NCBI GenBank assembly: GCA_963741205.1
Contig: CAVUHW010000025.1
Coordinates: 1 to 22,822 of the forward strand
Direction: 5' to 3'
DNA from: Nitrospirota bacterium
Lineage (GTDB): Bacteria; Nitrospirota; UBA9217
DNA: 22,822 nt
The first letter of the stretch is position 1. Each line of letters begins with the position of its first letter. The notes beneath the pieces are model-generated. The model saw nothing but the letters and a program-made list of their open reading frames with translations, was not told where the DNA came from and made no database searches. The position numbers and the translations under genes are program-made. Below, piece after piece: positions 1 to 8,293 of the stretch.

Positions 1-299
1 CAACGATCAACTTCATCAACCCGTAACAAGCGGTGTCCTTCGAAAACGGTCAATATTTCCAGGCTATTTTTATTTATTCTGTAGACAATTCGATATTTTT
101 TAAAAATCAATTCCCGTATATCAGGATTGGAGATTTCCGGTACCGTTCTTCCGATACGAGGTTCGCCGGGCAGTACAGACTCTGCATGGGCCACGATCTC
201 ATCGACGAATTTTGCAGCCCGTTCCGCATTGTCTTTTGCAATGAAATCCTCGATTCCCGTCAATTGCCGGAGGGCTTCACGTGTCCAGAGTATTTTCAT
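1..299 (-). CDS. RelE/ParE-family type II toxin (runs to window edge; not in ORF track)
   Basis: Hand translation from ATG at 299: MKILWTREALRQLTGIEDFIAKDNAERAAKFVDEIVAHAESVLPGEPRIGRTVPEISNPDIRELIFKKYRIVYRINKNSLEILTVFEGHRLLRVDEVDR, then TG at the edge. It has the typical RelE/ParE pattern (W..A...L..I..FIA.DN, GR.VPE, RELI...YRIVY) and lies just downstream of the antitoxin. Confidence 0.88.
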   Translation of the reverse strand, partial: MKILWTREALRQLTGIEDFIAKDNAERAAKFVDEIVAHAESVLPGEPRIGRTVPEISNPDIRELIFKKYRIVYRINKNSLEILTVFEGHRLLRVDEVDR

Positions 300-305
300 G
301 CGGGT

Positions 306-595
306 TTATTCCCTGGCTCTTCTGGAAGATAATGCCGCCCTGAGCTCTTTCGCAGAGTATGTTTTCCCGCTATCGGCATCCGCTATCCCCCTGCCGACGG
401 AATCAAGAAATGTTTTCTGTATACCAATTCGTCGTAGTCTTCCGGCGACAGGAGAACCCCGGCTGGTTTGCCGTTCTGGGTAATGATCACGGGATGCCCC
501 GTACTCTGGAGGCTTTTGAACCACTTGGACAGGCTTGTCTTGAATTCGGCAATGGGGACGATATCGTTTTTGATGGAAATTGTTTTCAGTGGCAT
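306..595 (-). CDS. Phd/YefM-family antitoxin (one frameshift near 410)
   Basis: AGGAG SD precedes ATG 595. MPLKTISIKNDIVPIAEFKTSLSKW...PVIITQNGKPAGVLLSPEDYDEL joins the other frame FLDSVGRGIADADSGKTYSAKEL...RARE*. Confidence 0.88.
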
Positions 596-619
596 GGCTC
601 CTAATTCAGGCATATTTGC

Positions 620-655
620 TGATCTAAATATAGACCAATTCAAAAGGTAAAGCAA
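620..655 (-). promoter_or_regulatory. Sigma70-like promoter of the TA operon with an overlapping operator palindrome
   Basis: Minus strand TTGCTT-17-TATATT. The inverted repeat TGATCTA-AATA-TAGACCA (620-637) covers the -10, as expected for antitoxin autorepression. Confidence 0.55.
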
Positions 656-823
656 GCAGTTAAAACGATGCCCGAGGTGTTTGTCAATTCGGAGGGTAAA
701 CCGCTATAAATGCAGAGATGGACAAAGCACGCGCCCTCCCCGAGAAGGTCAGCTCGGGAGCCTGAAGAAGAGTCTCTCAGGGCCTCTCTTTCCGGATAAT
801 TGTCTTATTGCATCGCGGTAAGT

Positions 824-859
824 CCCCCCTCACCCAACCCTCTCCCCTCCGGGGAGAGG
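824..859. repeat. REP-like palindromic repeat, family A copy 1
   Basis: CCCCCCTCACCCAACCCTCTCCCCTCCGGGGAGAGG. A related copy lies in the opposite orientation at 8254-8286. Confidence 0.65.
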
Positions 860-883
860 ATAAAGAAGATGGGAAGGCAGCAA

Positions 884-1621
884 TCATTCAATTGATTTGT
901 GTAGCTTCACAGGGCGGGCTTTCCTCCGGACCTTCATATTCAGCAGTTCGACAGCGACGGAAAAGGCCATGGCAAAGTAAATGTAACCCTTCGGCACATG
1001 AAAGCCAAAGCCGTCAGCGATCAGGGTCACGCCGATGAGGACGAGAAAGCTGAGGGCGAGCATCTTGATGGTGGGATGTTTGTCCACGAAGGCGCCGATG
1101 GACCGGGCTGAGAACATCATCACGATGACGGCGAGGACGATAGCGATGATCATCACGGCCACCTCGTTCGCCAGTCCGACGGCGGTGATCACCGAATCGA
1201 GCGAAAAAATGATGTCGAGGATCGCGAAGTGTACCAGGACGGAGACGAACCCCGCAACAGCCTTGCTGCCCCCTTCTTCCTCGGACGCCCCCTCGAGACT
1301 GTCATGGATCTCGATCGTGCTTTTCCAGATCAGGAACAGGCCCCCGATGATGAGGATGAGGTCCCTGCCGGAGACCGCCCGTGAAGAAACGGCGAAGAGC
1401 GGGGCCGTCAGCCTCATGACCCACACGATGGACAGCAGGAGGGCGATGCGGGTGAACATGGCGAGTCCAAGCCCCAGGACCCGGGCCTTGTCCCTTTGCC
1501 GGTCCGGGAGCCTGCCCACGAGGACCGTGATGAAGATGATATTATCGACGCCGAGTATAATCTCGAGCGCCGTCAGTGTCAGGAGCGCTATCCACGCCTG
1601 GGGGTCAGTCAGCCATTCCAC
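884..1621 (-). CDS. TerC-family integral membrane protein
   Basis: Motifs LEIILGVDNIIFI, GRDLILIIGGLFL, DIIFSLDSVITAVG, HPTIKMLALSFL and PKGYIYFAMAFS; GAGGAG SD before GTG. Confidence 0.93.
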   Translation of the reverse strand: MEWLTDPQAWIALLTLTALEIILGVDNIIFITVLVGRLPDRQRDKARVLGLGLAMFTRIALLLSIVWVMRLTAPLFAVSSRAVSGRDLILIIGGLFLIWKSTIEIHDSLEGASEEEGGSKAVAGFVSVLVHFAILDIIFSLDSVITAVGLANEVAVMIIAIVLAVIVMMFSARSIGAFVDKHPTIKMLALSFLVLIGVTLIADGFGFHVPKGYIYFAMAFSVAVELLNMKVRRKARPVKLHKSIE

Positions 1622-1737
1622 AGTAACTCCTCGCTTATTTCTTCATGAAGCAGGGCAGCAAGCCGGCTGCCAACGGGTTGGGCGTGAATGCCCTGTCGTC
1701 GAGGGCCCGAAGTCATTCGCACAATGCGCAAACCAGA

Positions 1738-2274
1738 TCACATCTTCTCGATCTCGTCCTTAAAATACCCGTACGCCTCCTGATCGAAGATGCAGAACTC
1801 GACGAGTTCGAGCGAGGAAGCAGCGTTGTTTTTCAGGAATGCAGCCGTCTCGCCTACCAGGATCTTCGCGCACCGGTCCTTGGGAAAGCCGAAAATCCCC
1901 GCGCTGATGGCCGGGACTGAGATGCTTTTCAGCTTTTCCCCGGCAGCAAGCGTGAGAACGCAGTTAATCGCGCTCTTCAGTTTATTGTCCTCATCTCCCT
2001 CCCCCATCCGGGGGCCCACGGCGTGAATGATATAGCGGGCTTTTAGTTTCCCGGCCGTCGTGATCACAGCGCTGCCCACGGGCACAAACCCGATCTTGTC
2101 GCTCTCGTCCTGGATCACCCGGCCGCCTTTTCTGACGATCGCGCCTGCGACTCCTCCGCCATGCTGAAGCCGGCTGTTCGCTGCGTTCACGATGGCATCG
2201 ACATCCCGTTCCGTGAGGTCGGCCGATACAAGCCGGAGGGTTTTATTGCCGATCTTCTTTTCGAGAGCATCCAT
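1738..2274 (-). CDS. Macro-domain protein (YmdB-like ADP-ribose binding/hydrolase)
   Basis: Motifs DAIVNAANSRLQHGGGVAGAI, IIHAVGP and PAISAGIFGFP; GGAGG SD. Confidence 0.93.
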   Translation of the reverse strand: MDALEKKIGNKTLRLVSADLTERDVDAIVNAANSRLQHGGGVAGAIVRKGGRVIQDESDKIGFVPVGSAVITTAGKLKARYIIHAVGPRMGEGDEDNKLKSAINCVLTLAAGEKLKSISVPAISAGIFGFPKDRCAKILVGETAAFLKNNAASSLELVEFCIFDQEAYGYFKDEIEKM

Positions 2275-2345
2275 AAGGCACCTCCCTCAGATGTTAGCAA
2301 GAATATCTCAGTTTCCATGAAAAAACAAGCGCGCCTCTTGTTGCA

Positions 2346-2374
2346 TTGTACTGATACCATACCTATGCTATAAT
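2346..2374 (+). promoter_or_regulatory. Sigma70 promoter with extended -10; near-leaderless start of the 2384 gene
   Basis: TTGTAC-17-TATAAT with TGn extension. The ATG lies 9 nt after the -10 and has no SD. Confidence 0.6.
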
Positions 2375-2383
2375 AGCGCCACT

Positions 2384-3130
2384 ATGAACAATCTCGACTT
2401 CACCGGACTCAATCCGGCCGTTTCGGAAAAGCTTTCACCCATGGTCGAGGACCTCCTCGGCGGGCACGCCTCGAACATCCACTCCTTCCACGTCGTGGGC
2501 AGCGCCGTGATCCCGGATTATAGCGAAAAGCTGTCGGACATCAATTCCGTTGTCGTCCTTCATTCCATGGATTTACGGTTCCTCTCCTTCCTGGCGCCGC
2601 TCGGAAAGAAGTACGGAAAGAAACGGATCGCCGCGCCTCTCGTCATGACGCCCGAGTACATCGCGAGTTCTCTCGACGCCTTTCCGATCGAATTCCTCGA
2701 CTTCAAGCTCATCCATAAAACCGTGTTCGGCGAAGACATCCTGCGGGGCCTTGAGATCGACGGAAAGAACCTCAGGCTGCAGTGCGAGCGCGAGGTAAAG
2801 ATCAAACTGATCAATGTGAGGCAGGGATATATCTCTTCCCTCGGGAAGAAGACGCCTCTCGAAGAGGCCCTCGTCAGGTCCATAACCGGTTCCATGGCCC
2901 TCTTCCGGGCGATCATTGTTCTTCTGGGCAAGGAGCCGCCTGTTCCCAGGACTGAAGTTATAACAAGGCTCGGTGCGGCAACAGGCCTTGACACCGACAT
3001 ATTCCAAAAGCTCCTCATGCTCAAGACCGGCCTGATCAAGCCGAAAGAGCATGAACTGCACACGCTCTTCGAACGCTACTACCTGGCCCTCGAATCCACA
3101 GGAAAGATCATCGATGCACTCCATAATTAA
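2384..3130 (+). CDS. Nucleotidyltransferase-fold protein associated with LemA/TPM clusters
   Basis: VVGSAV...SDINSVVVL (GS/DxD-like), DAFPIEFLD and LRLQCERE motifs; overlaps the TPM gene start. Confidence 0.7.
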   Translation: MNNLDFTGLNPAVSEKLSPMVEDLLGGHASNIHSFHVVGSAVIPDYSEKLSDINSVVVLHSMDLRFLSFLAPLGKKYGKKRIAAPLVMTPEYIASSLDAFPIEFLDFKLIHKTVFGEDILRGLEIDGKNLRLQCEREVKIKLINVRQGYISSLGKKTPLEEALVRSITGSMALFRAIIVLLGKEPPVPRTEVITRLGAATGLDTDIFQKLLMLKTGLIKPKEHELHTLFERYYLALESTGKIIDALHN

Positions 3131-3902
3131 ACGGGCCTTCATTGCGGCGCTCCTTCTCGTGGCCGTCTGCGCCTCCCTTGCCGCGGCCTCGACGCCGCAG
3201 CCGCCGGCAATGCCGCGCGACTACGTTGTCGATCTTGCTGGCGTGGTCCCGGATGAGGTGCAGGCCCGGCTGAATGCGTACCTCAGGGAGCTTGAGCAGA
3301 AGACCACGGCCCAGGTGCTCGTCCTTACGGTCCAGAGCCTCGACGGACAGGCAATCGAGGAATTCACGTTCAATACCAAGGAAAAATGGAAGCTCGGCCA
3401 AAAGGGCAAAGACAACGGAGTACTCATCGTCGTCGCCGTGCAGGACCGGAAGTACCGTCTTGAGATCGGCTATGGACTCGAAGGCATACTGCCCGACAGC
3501 CTCGTTGGTACGATCGGGCGGGAATATCTGGTCCCCTACTTCAGAAAAGGCGACTACGGCGCCGGGATCTACGCCGCCACGCTCGCCGTGGCTAATACGA
3601 TTGCTTCGCAGGAAGGCGTAAGCATCACCGGGATGCCCGCGATGCAGCAGCCCCGGGGCGCGCAAACCCGAAAACCCATCGGGATGTTTCAGGCTGTTGT
3701 GTTCGGCATTCTCATTCTCGTGGCCCTCGTTCTGTTCATTACGCACCCCCAGCAGTGCCTTTTGCTTCTTTTGGCTTCCCAAATGGGAGGGGGGCGGGGC
3801 GGCTGGTCCGGCGGGGGCGGAGGAGGCTTCGGTGGAGGAGGCGGCTTCGGCGGAGGGGGAGGCGGAAGCGGCGGTGGCGGCGGAGCATCGGGAGGGTGGT
3901 AG
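3114..3902 (+). CDS. TPM-domain (YgcG-like) membrane protein
   Basis: Signal peptide, YVVDLAGV, WKLGQKGKDNGVLIVVA, RLEIGYGLEGILPD, a TM helix and the Gly-rich tail GGGGASGGW. Start moved to ATG 3114. Confidence 0.92.
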   Translation: MHSIIKRAFIAALLLVAVCASLAAASTPQPPAMPRDYVVDLAGVVPDEVQARLNAYLRELEQKTTAQVLVLTVQSLDGQAIEEFTFNTKEKWKLGQKGKDNGVLIVVAVQDRKYRLEIGYGLEGILPDSLVGTIGREYLVPYFRKGDYGAGIYAATLAVANTIASQEGVSITGMPAMQQPRGAQTRKPIGMFQAVVFGILILVALVLFITHPQQCLLLLLASQMGGGRGGWSGGGGGGFGGGGGFGGGGGGSGGGGGASGGW

Positions 3903-3919
3903 AGGGAGAACACCGTTCG

Positions 3920-3978
3920 GGATGCGGGTGTGCGGGTTTACAGGTTTAACTCGCAACCGGCAACTCGCAACTCGTAAC
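3920..3978. repeat. Short heptamer-like tandem repeats in inverted arrangement
   Basis: TGCGGGT-like units followed by AACTCGC AACCGGC AACTCGC AACTCGT. Confidence 0.6.
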
Positions 3979-4066
3979 AAACCCGAACAGTCGCGCAAAT
4001 GTGCTAAGTTTTGCGAAAAAATATCATTAGCTTAAAACCAAAGATAGGGTAAATCAGGAGGTCATC

Positions 4067-4642
4067 ATGAACAACGGAGCAAAGACAGGGTTGATCACTC
4101 TCGCGGTTATCGCGTTGATCGCGATCATGGCCGTTATGTACGGCATGGGCCAGTACAACCAGGTAGTGGCCATGGACGAGCAGGTGAAATCGCAGTGGGC
4201 CCAGGTTGAAAACCAGTTGAAGCGGCGGTACGACCTGATCCCGAACCTCGTGGAGACGGTCAAGGGATACACAAAACATGAGCAGGAGATTTTCGAACAC
4301 TTGGCCGATGCCAGGACGAAATATTTCCAGGCGAACACGGTGAAGGAGAAGATCCAGGCGTCCCAGCAGCTCGAGGGATTTCTCTCCCGGCTTCTGGTGC
4401 TCCAGGAGACCTATCCGCAACTCAAGGCAAACGAAAACTTTCTGAAGCTGCAAGACACGCTCGAAGGCACTGAAAACAGGATCGCCGTCGAACGCAAACG
4501 ATATAATGACGATGTGAAAGCGCTCAATACCTACCGGAGGACGGTGTTCGGAAAGTTCTTTGCTTCCCTGGCAGGCGTGAATGAAGCGCAGTATTACGAG
4601 ATTCCTCAGGCGGAAAAAGAGGCGCCGAAAGTGAAGTTCTGA
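4067..4642 (+). CDS. lemA: LemA family protein
   Basis: WAQVENQLKRRYDLIPNLVETVKGY and YPQLKANENFLKLQDTLEGTENRIAVER; AGGAGG SD. Confidence 0.95.
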   Translation: MNNGAKTGLITLAVIALIAIMAVMYGMGQYNQVVAMDEQVKSQWAQVENQLKRRYDLIPNLVETVKGYTKHEQEIFEHLADARTKYFQANTVKEKIQASQQLEGFLSRLLVLQETYPQLKANENFLKLQDTLEGTENRIAVERKRYNDDVKALNTYRRTVFGKFFASLAGVNEAQYYEIPQAEKEAPKVKF

Positions 4643-4651
4643 TGAAAATTT

Positions 4652-4735
4652 ACCGCGAAGGCGCGAAGGACGCAGAAAATGAATCAGGTTTAAACTCGCG
4701 AATTAGTCTCCTCGCGTCCTTGGCGCCTTCGCGTT
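4652..4735. repeat. Inverted arms built from ~9-nt repeat units, between convergent genes
   Basis: ACCGCGAAGGCGCGAAGGACGCAG ... CTCGCGTCCTTGGCGCCTTCGCGTT. Confidence 0.6.
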
Positions 4736-4864
4736 TTCAAGATTTTGGTTCCAGCTTGTCCGGGTTAGATGAGAAGTTTTGAATCAGTTTTCTTCCGTCT
4801 CGATCAGATTTTCATCCGATTTTTCCGCGTCCGAACTGCAATTTAGAGGATCATGACCGCAGTT

Positions 4865-6509
4865 TCACGAACTCTTCAGCACGGCTTCCGTCTTCACTCC
4901 TTCGGGGGCCGTAAGGTCCTCGAAGGCCGTCATCGCGGCGATGGAGCCGTGCGACACGGCGACGGCGATCTGCTTCGGCGCGCCGGTGATATCGCCCGCG
5001 GCATAGACGCCGGGCATGGATGTCCGCATGGTCATCAGGTCCGTCTTGATGTAGCCCTGATCGTCGAGTTCGAGTCCGAGCTGTTTTGCGAGGTCATTGT
5101 TCGGGACATAGCCAATGGCGACGAATACGCCGTCAATCGGCAGTTCCTGACATCTTGCCGGATTTCTTGTCCTCGATCTTCACGGCCTTCACGATCTTGT
5201 CGCCGGAGATCTCCCGCACCTCGCTGTCCCACAGCGCGGGAATACCCGACTGCTTTAAACTCTCCTGGAGCCGCCGCTCGGCCCGGAGCGCATCCCGCCA
5301 GTGTACCAGGGTTACCTTCGCGCCGATATTATGGAGATAGAGCGCGTCCGTGACCGCTGTATTGCCGCCGCCCACCACGATCACCGGTTTCCCGTCCTTG
5401 AAGTAGTACCCGTCGCAGGTCGCGCAGTAGCTTACGCCCCTCCCGTAGAACCTCTGGGCGCCCTTTGCTTCCAGCGCCCGGTTGGCGACTCCCGTTGCGA
5501 TGATCAGACCTTTCGTGTTGTAGATGGCGTGGTTCGTCTTGAGCGAGAGCCTTCCGTTTTCGCGGTCCTTCGCCACCTCCGTCACGTATTCTCCGATATG
5601 GACCTCGCAGTACTGCGCGGCCTGCTGTGCGATCAAGTCCACGAGACTTTTCCCGCCGATACGCATGAAACCCGGATAGTTCTCCACGACCGGCGTGATG
5701 GCAACCTGGCCGCCCAGGTTGCTTTTCTCGATCACGATGCTGTTGAGTCCCGCGCGCACGGCATAGATCGCCGCGGTGAGCCCGGCGGGGCCGCCTCCGA
5801 TGATGACGAGGTCTTTTTCCACCGGCTCGCCCGAAATCTGCGTTGACGCGACCTGCGGTTCCTTGAGCGAGAGCAGGGACTCCACGAACCAGGGCTCCGG
5901 CTGGAGGCCGGCGCCGGTGAACGTGTTGTTGATGAACGTCTGCGGCACGGCGAGCGAGCCGAGGCTCTCCGCAAGGTCCTGGTTCTCGTAAATCTCGACG
6001 ATCTCGGCCGAGATCAAGTCGGGCTTCACGATTGCGGCGGAAAACGCGGACATGACCTGCTGCGGGCAATAAGGGCACGTGGGGCTCACGAAGACCTGGA
6101 TGTCCCGTTTCTCCCGGAGCTGGTCGTTGATCTTTGCCAGCGCTTCTTCGGTCAGAACGGTCTTCCCGGTGGACGCCATCAGGATGGCCACCAGGAAGGA
6201 GCGGCCCTCTTCGCCGACCGGAGCGCCGGTGTAACGGAGGCGATACTTGTCGGGGGCTATGAGGACCGTAGGCGACCGGGTGACGTTCCGTTTCACGGAC
6301 TGTTCGTCACCGATGGTATGGAACGACGCCTTCAGCTTGTCGGATAGTTCCGCAATCGCCTTGACCAGGGAAACGGCCGCATCATTAAACTGGTCGTTCT
6401 GCCCCGCTTTGGTATAGACCTCAAGGTGTACCTCTTCCTTGAGCCCGTCCAGAAGAGTTTCCTTGATGGCCTGCTTTACGTCGTCGGGAATGATTTCCTG
6501 TTGTGCCAT
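4865..6509 (-). CDS. Thioredoxin reductase with N-terminal thioredoxin-fold domains (AhpF-like architecture); frameshift near 5150
   Basis: CPYC, GGGPAG, CATCDG and GGGNTA motifs. After the shift it continues ELPIDGVFVAIGYVPN...TSMPGVYAAGDITGAPKQIAVAVSHGSIAA...KSS* to TGA at 4865-4867. Confidence 0.9.
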
Positions 6510-6522
6510 TGTTTACCTCAAT

Positions 6523-6608
6523 TTAGAAGTAGAAAAGTAAGAAGTAGGAAGTAAGAATTAGAAGTAAGATTTCTAATTCATACTTCTTAATTCATACTTC
6601 TTACATTT
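6523..6608. repeat. Heptamer tandem repeats in inverted arrangement
   Basis: AGAAGTA-type units (6523-6570), then complementary-type AATTCAT/ACTTCTT units (6575-6608). Confidence 0.65.
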
Positions 6609-7176
6609 ATCTTTATCCTCTGCGATATCTTCTTGAACTCCTCCGTGCCCGCGACCTTGAGGAGTTGGAACAATACCGTCTCGGTGCAGGTAATAACCGC
6701 CCCGGCGCTGCGCATGAACTCGATGCCCGTTCTCCAATTTTCCTCGGTGCGGGAACACACGGCGTCCTCCACCACGTGAACGTTCACTCCCGCCTTGAGC
6801 AGCCCCAAGCAGGTCTGGAGCACGCAGATATGGGTCTCCATTCCGGTCACGATGACGGTTTTTTTGTTGTGCTCCTTCAGTTCCTGCAGGAAGGCCGGTT
6901 GCCCGCAGCAATCAAAGGATAATTTTCTCGACCGGCTTGTACTCCGGCAGGACCGACTGAAGCTCAGGCACGGTCCTACCCAGGCCCTTGGGATACTGTT
7001 CGGTCACCACGACCGGGATCTTGATCATCTTCGCGAGCTCGATCAAGTGCTGGCAGTTCCTGACGACCTTGTCTTTCTCCTTCATCACGACCGCCAAGCC
7101 GCTCCTGAATGTCGACGACGAGGAGTACCGCGTCTTCTTTGTTCAGAATAAAATTATCAAGCGCCATTCTTTTCAT
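6587..7176 (-). CDS. Isochorismatase-family hydrolase (frameshifts near 7095 and 6917)
   Basis: Three frames join: LLVVDIQERL / VTEQYPKGLGRTVPEL / SFDCCG...GMETHICVLQT...DAVCSR. The start may be 7167. Confidence 0.9.
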
Positions 7177-7265
7177 TACTCCCTCGATGTCAATATTCTT
7201 AGACCCCGCCCATACTTTATTCCCACTCCGCTTTTACCTGCATCCAGTGCGGTGAAAAAGACTTA

Positions 7266-7282
7266 ACCGGCCCCCTGCCGGT
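7266..7282 (-). promoter_or_regulatory. SECIS-like hairpin for the second UGA
   Basis: Minus strand ACCGGC-AGGGG-GCCGGT; the loop begins at +18 after the UGA at 7296-7294. Confidence 0.7.
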
Positions 7283-7284
7283 CG

Positions 7285-7500
7285 TCACACTCCTCAGGAC
7301 CCGCCGTAACCTACGGCAATCTTCCCGTCCTCGACGATAACCGGGACCTTCCGCTCGCCCTTCGTGAATTTCAGCATTTCATCCAGCTTCGCGCTGTCCG
7401 CCTTCACATCGTAATAGACCGCTTTAGCTCCATAGGCCGACCTGGCCTTGTCCGTATGCGGTCAGCCCGCCTTCCCGAAAATCATCACCTTGTCCGTCAT
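7285..7500 (-). CDS. Uxx-star-type glutaredoxin-like selenoprotein with two Sec codons (71 aa; absent from ORF track)
   Basis: GAGGAGG SD, then MTDKVMIFGKAG(U)PHTDKARSAYGAKAVYYDVKADSAKLDEMLKFTKGERKVPVIVEDGKIAVGYGGS(U)GV*. TGA occurs at codons 13 and 69. The glutaredoxin VPVI motif is in frame, and each TGA is followed by a SECIS-like hairpin. Confidence 0.88.
7430..7461 (-). promoter_or_regulatory. SECIS-like hairpin for the first UGA
   Basis: After the UGA: CCGCAUACGGACA AGGCC-AGGUC-GGCCU AUGG. The AGGUC loop begins at +19, similar in loop sequence and spacing to the E. coli fdhF SECIS. Confidence 0.72.
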
Positions 7501-7650
7501 AATTCGCCTCCTCGTAAGGGATATTCAAGTCTCTATAATAATATCATTTTGCGGGTGCAAAAGTAAACTCGTTAGGATAGAATCTGTATCGTGAAGACAA
7601 ACGGAACAAATCCTTTGGCAGGCTTGTCTTATGGAGTAGAAGGAGACAGC

Positions 7651-8244
7651 GTGCCTGCACAGGACGACGATGCGGTCCTCGTCTCGGCCTCGCAACAGGG
7701 AGACCTGAACGCCTTCGAAAAGCTCGTCGCCAGGCACCAGAAGAGGATGCTCAATGTCGCCTTCAGGCTGATCGGAGATTATGACGACGCCTGCGAGGTG
7801 GTGCAGGATGCCTTTGTTTCCGCTTACAAAAGCATCAAGTCCTTCCGCGGTGAGGCGAAGTTCACGACCTGGCTCACAACCATTACCGTGAACCTGTCGA
7901 AGAACCGGTTGAAACAGATGAGAGCGCGGAGGGGACATGAGGCCTTCTCGCTGGATGAACAAGTTCAGACAGAGGACGGGCACATGACCATCGACCCGCC
8001 GTCAAAGGAACCATCGGTGCTGGACCGCATGGAATCTCGGGATGTCCAGGCGAGGGTCCAGGATTGCGTCAAGGCGCTTGAGCCGGATTTCCGGGAGGTG
8101 CTGGTGCTTCGTGACCTGCAGGAATTTTCCTATGAAGAAATCGGCAGCATGCTCAAGGTCCGGGAGGGCACGGTGAAGTCCCGGCTTTTCAGGGCGCGCG
8201 AAATGGTCAAGGACTGCCTCAAACGTTTCATGGGGGAGTTGTAA
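7651..8244 (+). CDS. ECF (sigma-70 family) RNA polymerase sigma factor
   Basis: GDLNAFEKLV, EVVQDAFV, FRGEAKFTTWL, FSYEEI and GTVKSRLFRAR motifs. AAGGAG SD precedes GTG 7651 (the ORF extends upstream to 7591). Confidence 0.93.
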   Translation: MPAQDDDAVLVSASQQGDLNAFEKLVARHQKRMLNVAFRLIGDYDDACEVVQDAFVSAYKSIKSFRGEAKFTTWLTTITVNLSKNRLKQMRARRGHEAFSLDEQVQTEDGHMTIDPPSKEPSVLDRMESRDVQARVQDCVKALEPDFREVLVLRDLQEFSYEEIGSMLKVREGTVKSRLFRAREMVKDCLKRFMGEL

Positions 8245-8253
8245 TAACGCCTA

Positions 8254-8286
8254 CTCTCCCTCCGGGGAGAGGTCAGGTCGAGGGGA
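8254..8286. repeat. REP-like palindromic repeat, family A copy 2
   Basis: CTCTCCCTCCGGGGAGAGGTCAGGTCGAGGGGA, a reverse-orientation relative of 824-859. Confidence 0.6.
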
Positions 8287-8293
8287 GTTCCGA

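Noticed and set aside
735-792. Glycine-riboswitch-like CCTGAAGAAG...TCTCTCAGG hairpins
   Set aside because: There is no downstream gene on that strand, and the other conserved aptamer elements are not evident.
3689-3913. Poly-proline ORF
   Set aside because: It is the antisense reading of the Gly-rich TPM protein tail.
6523-6608. Possible CRISPR array
   Set aside because: These are short tandem heptamers with no repeat-spacer structure, and no cas genes are present.
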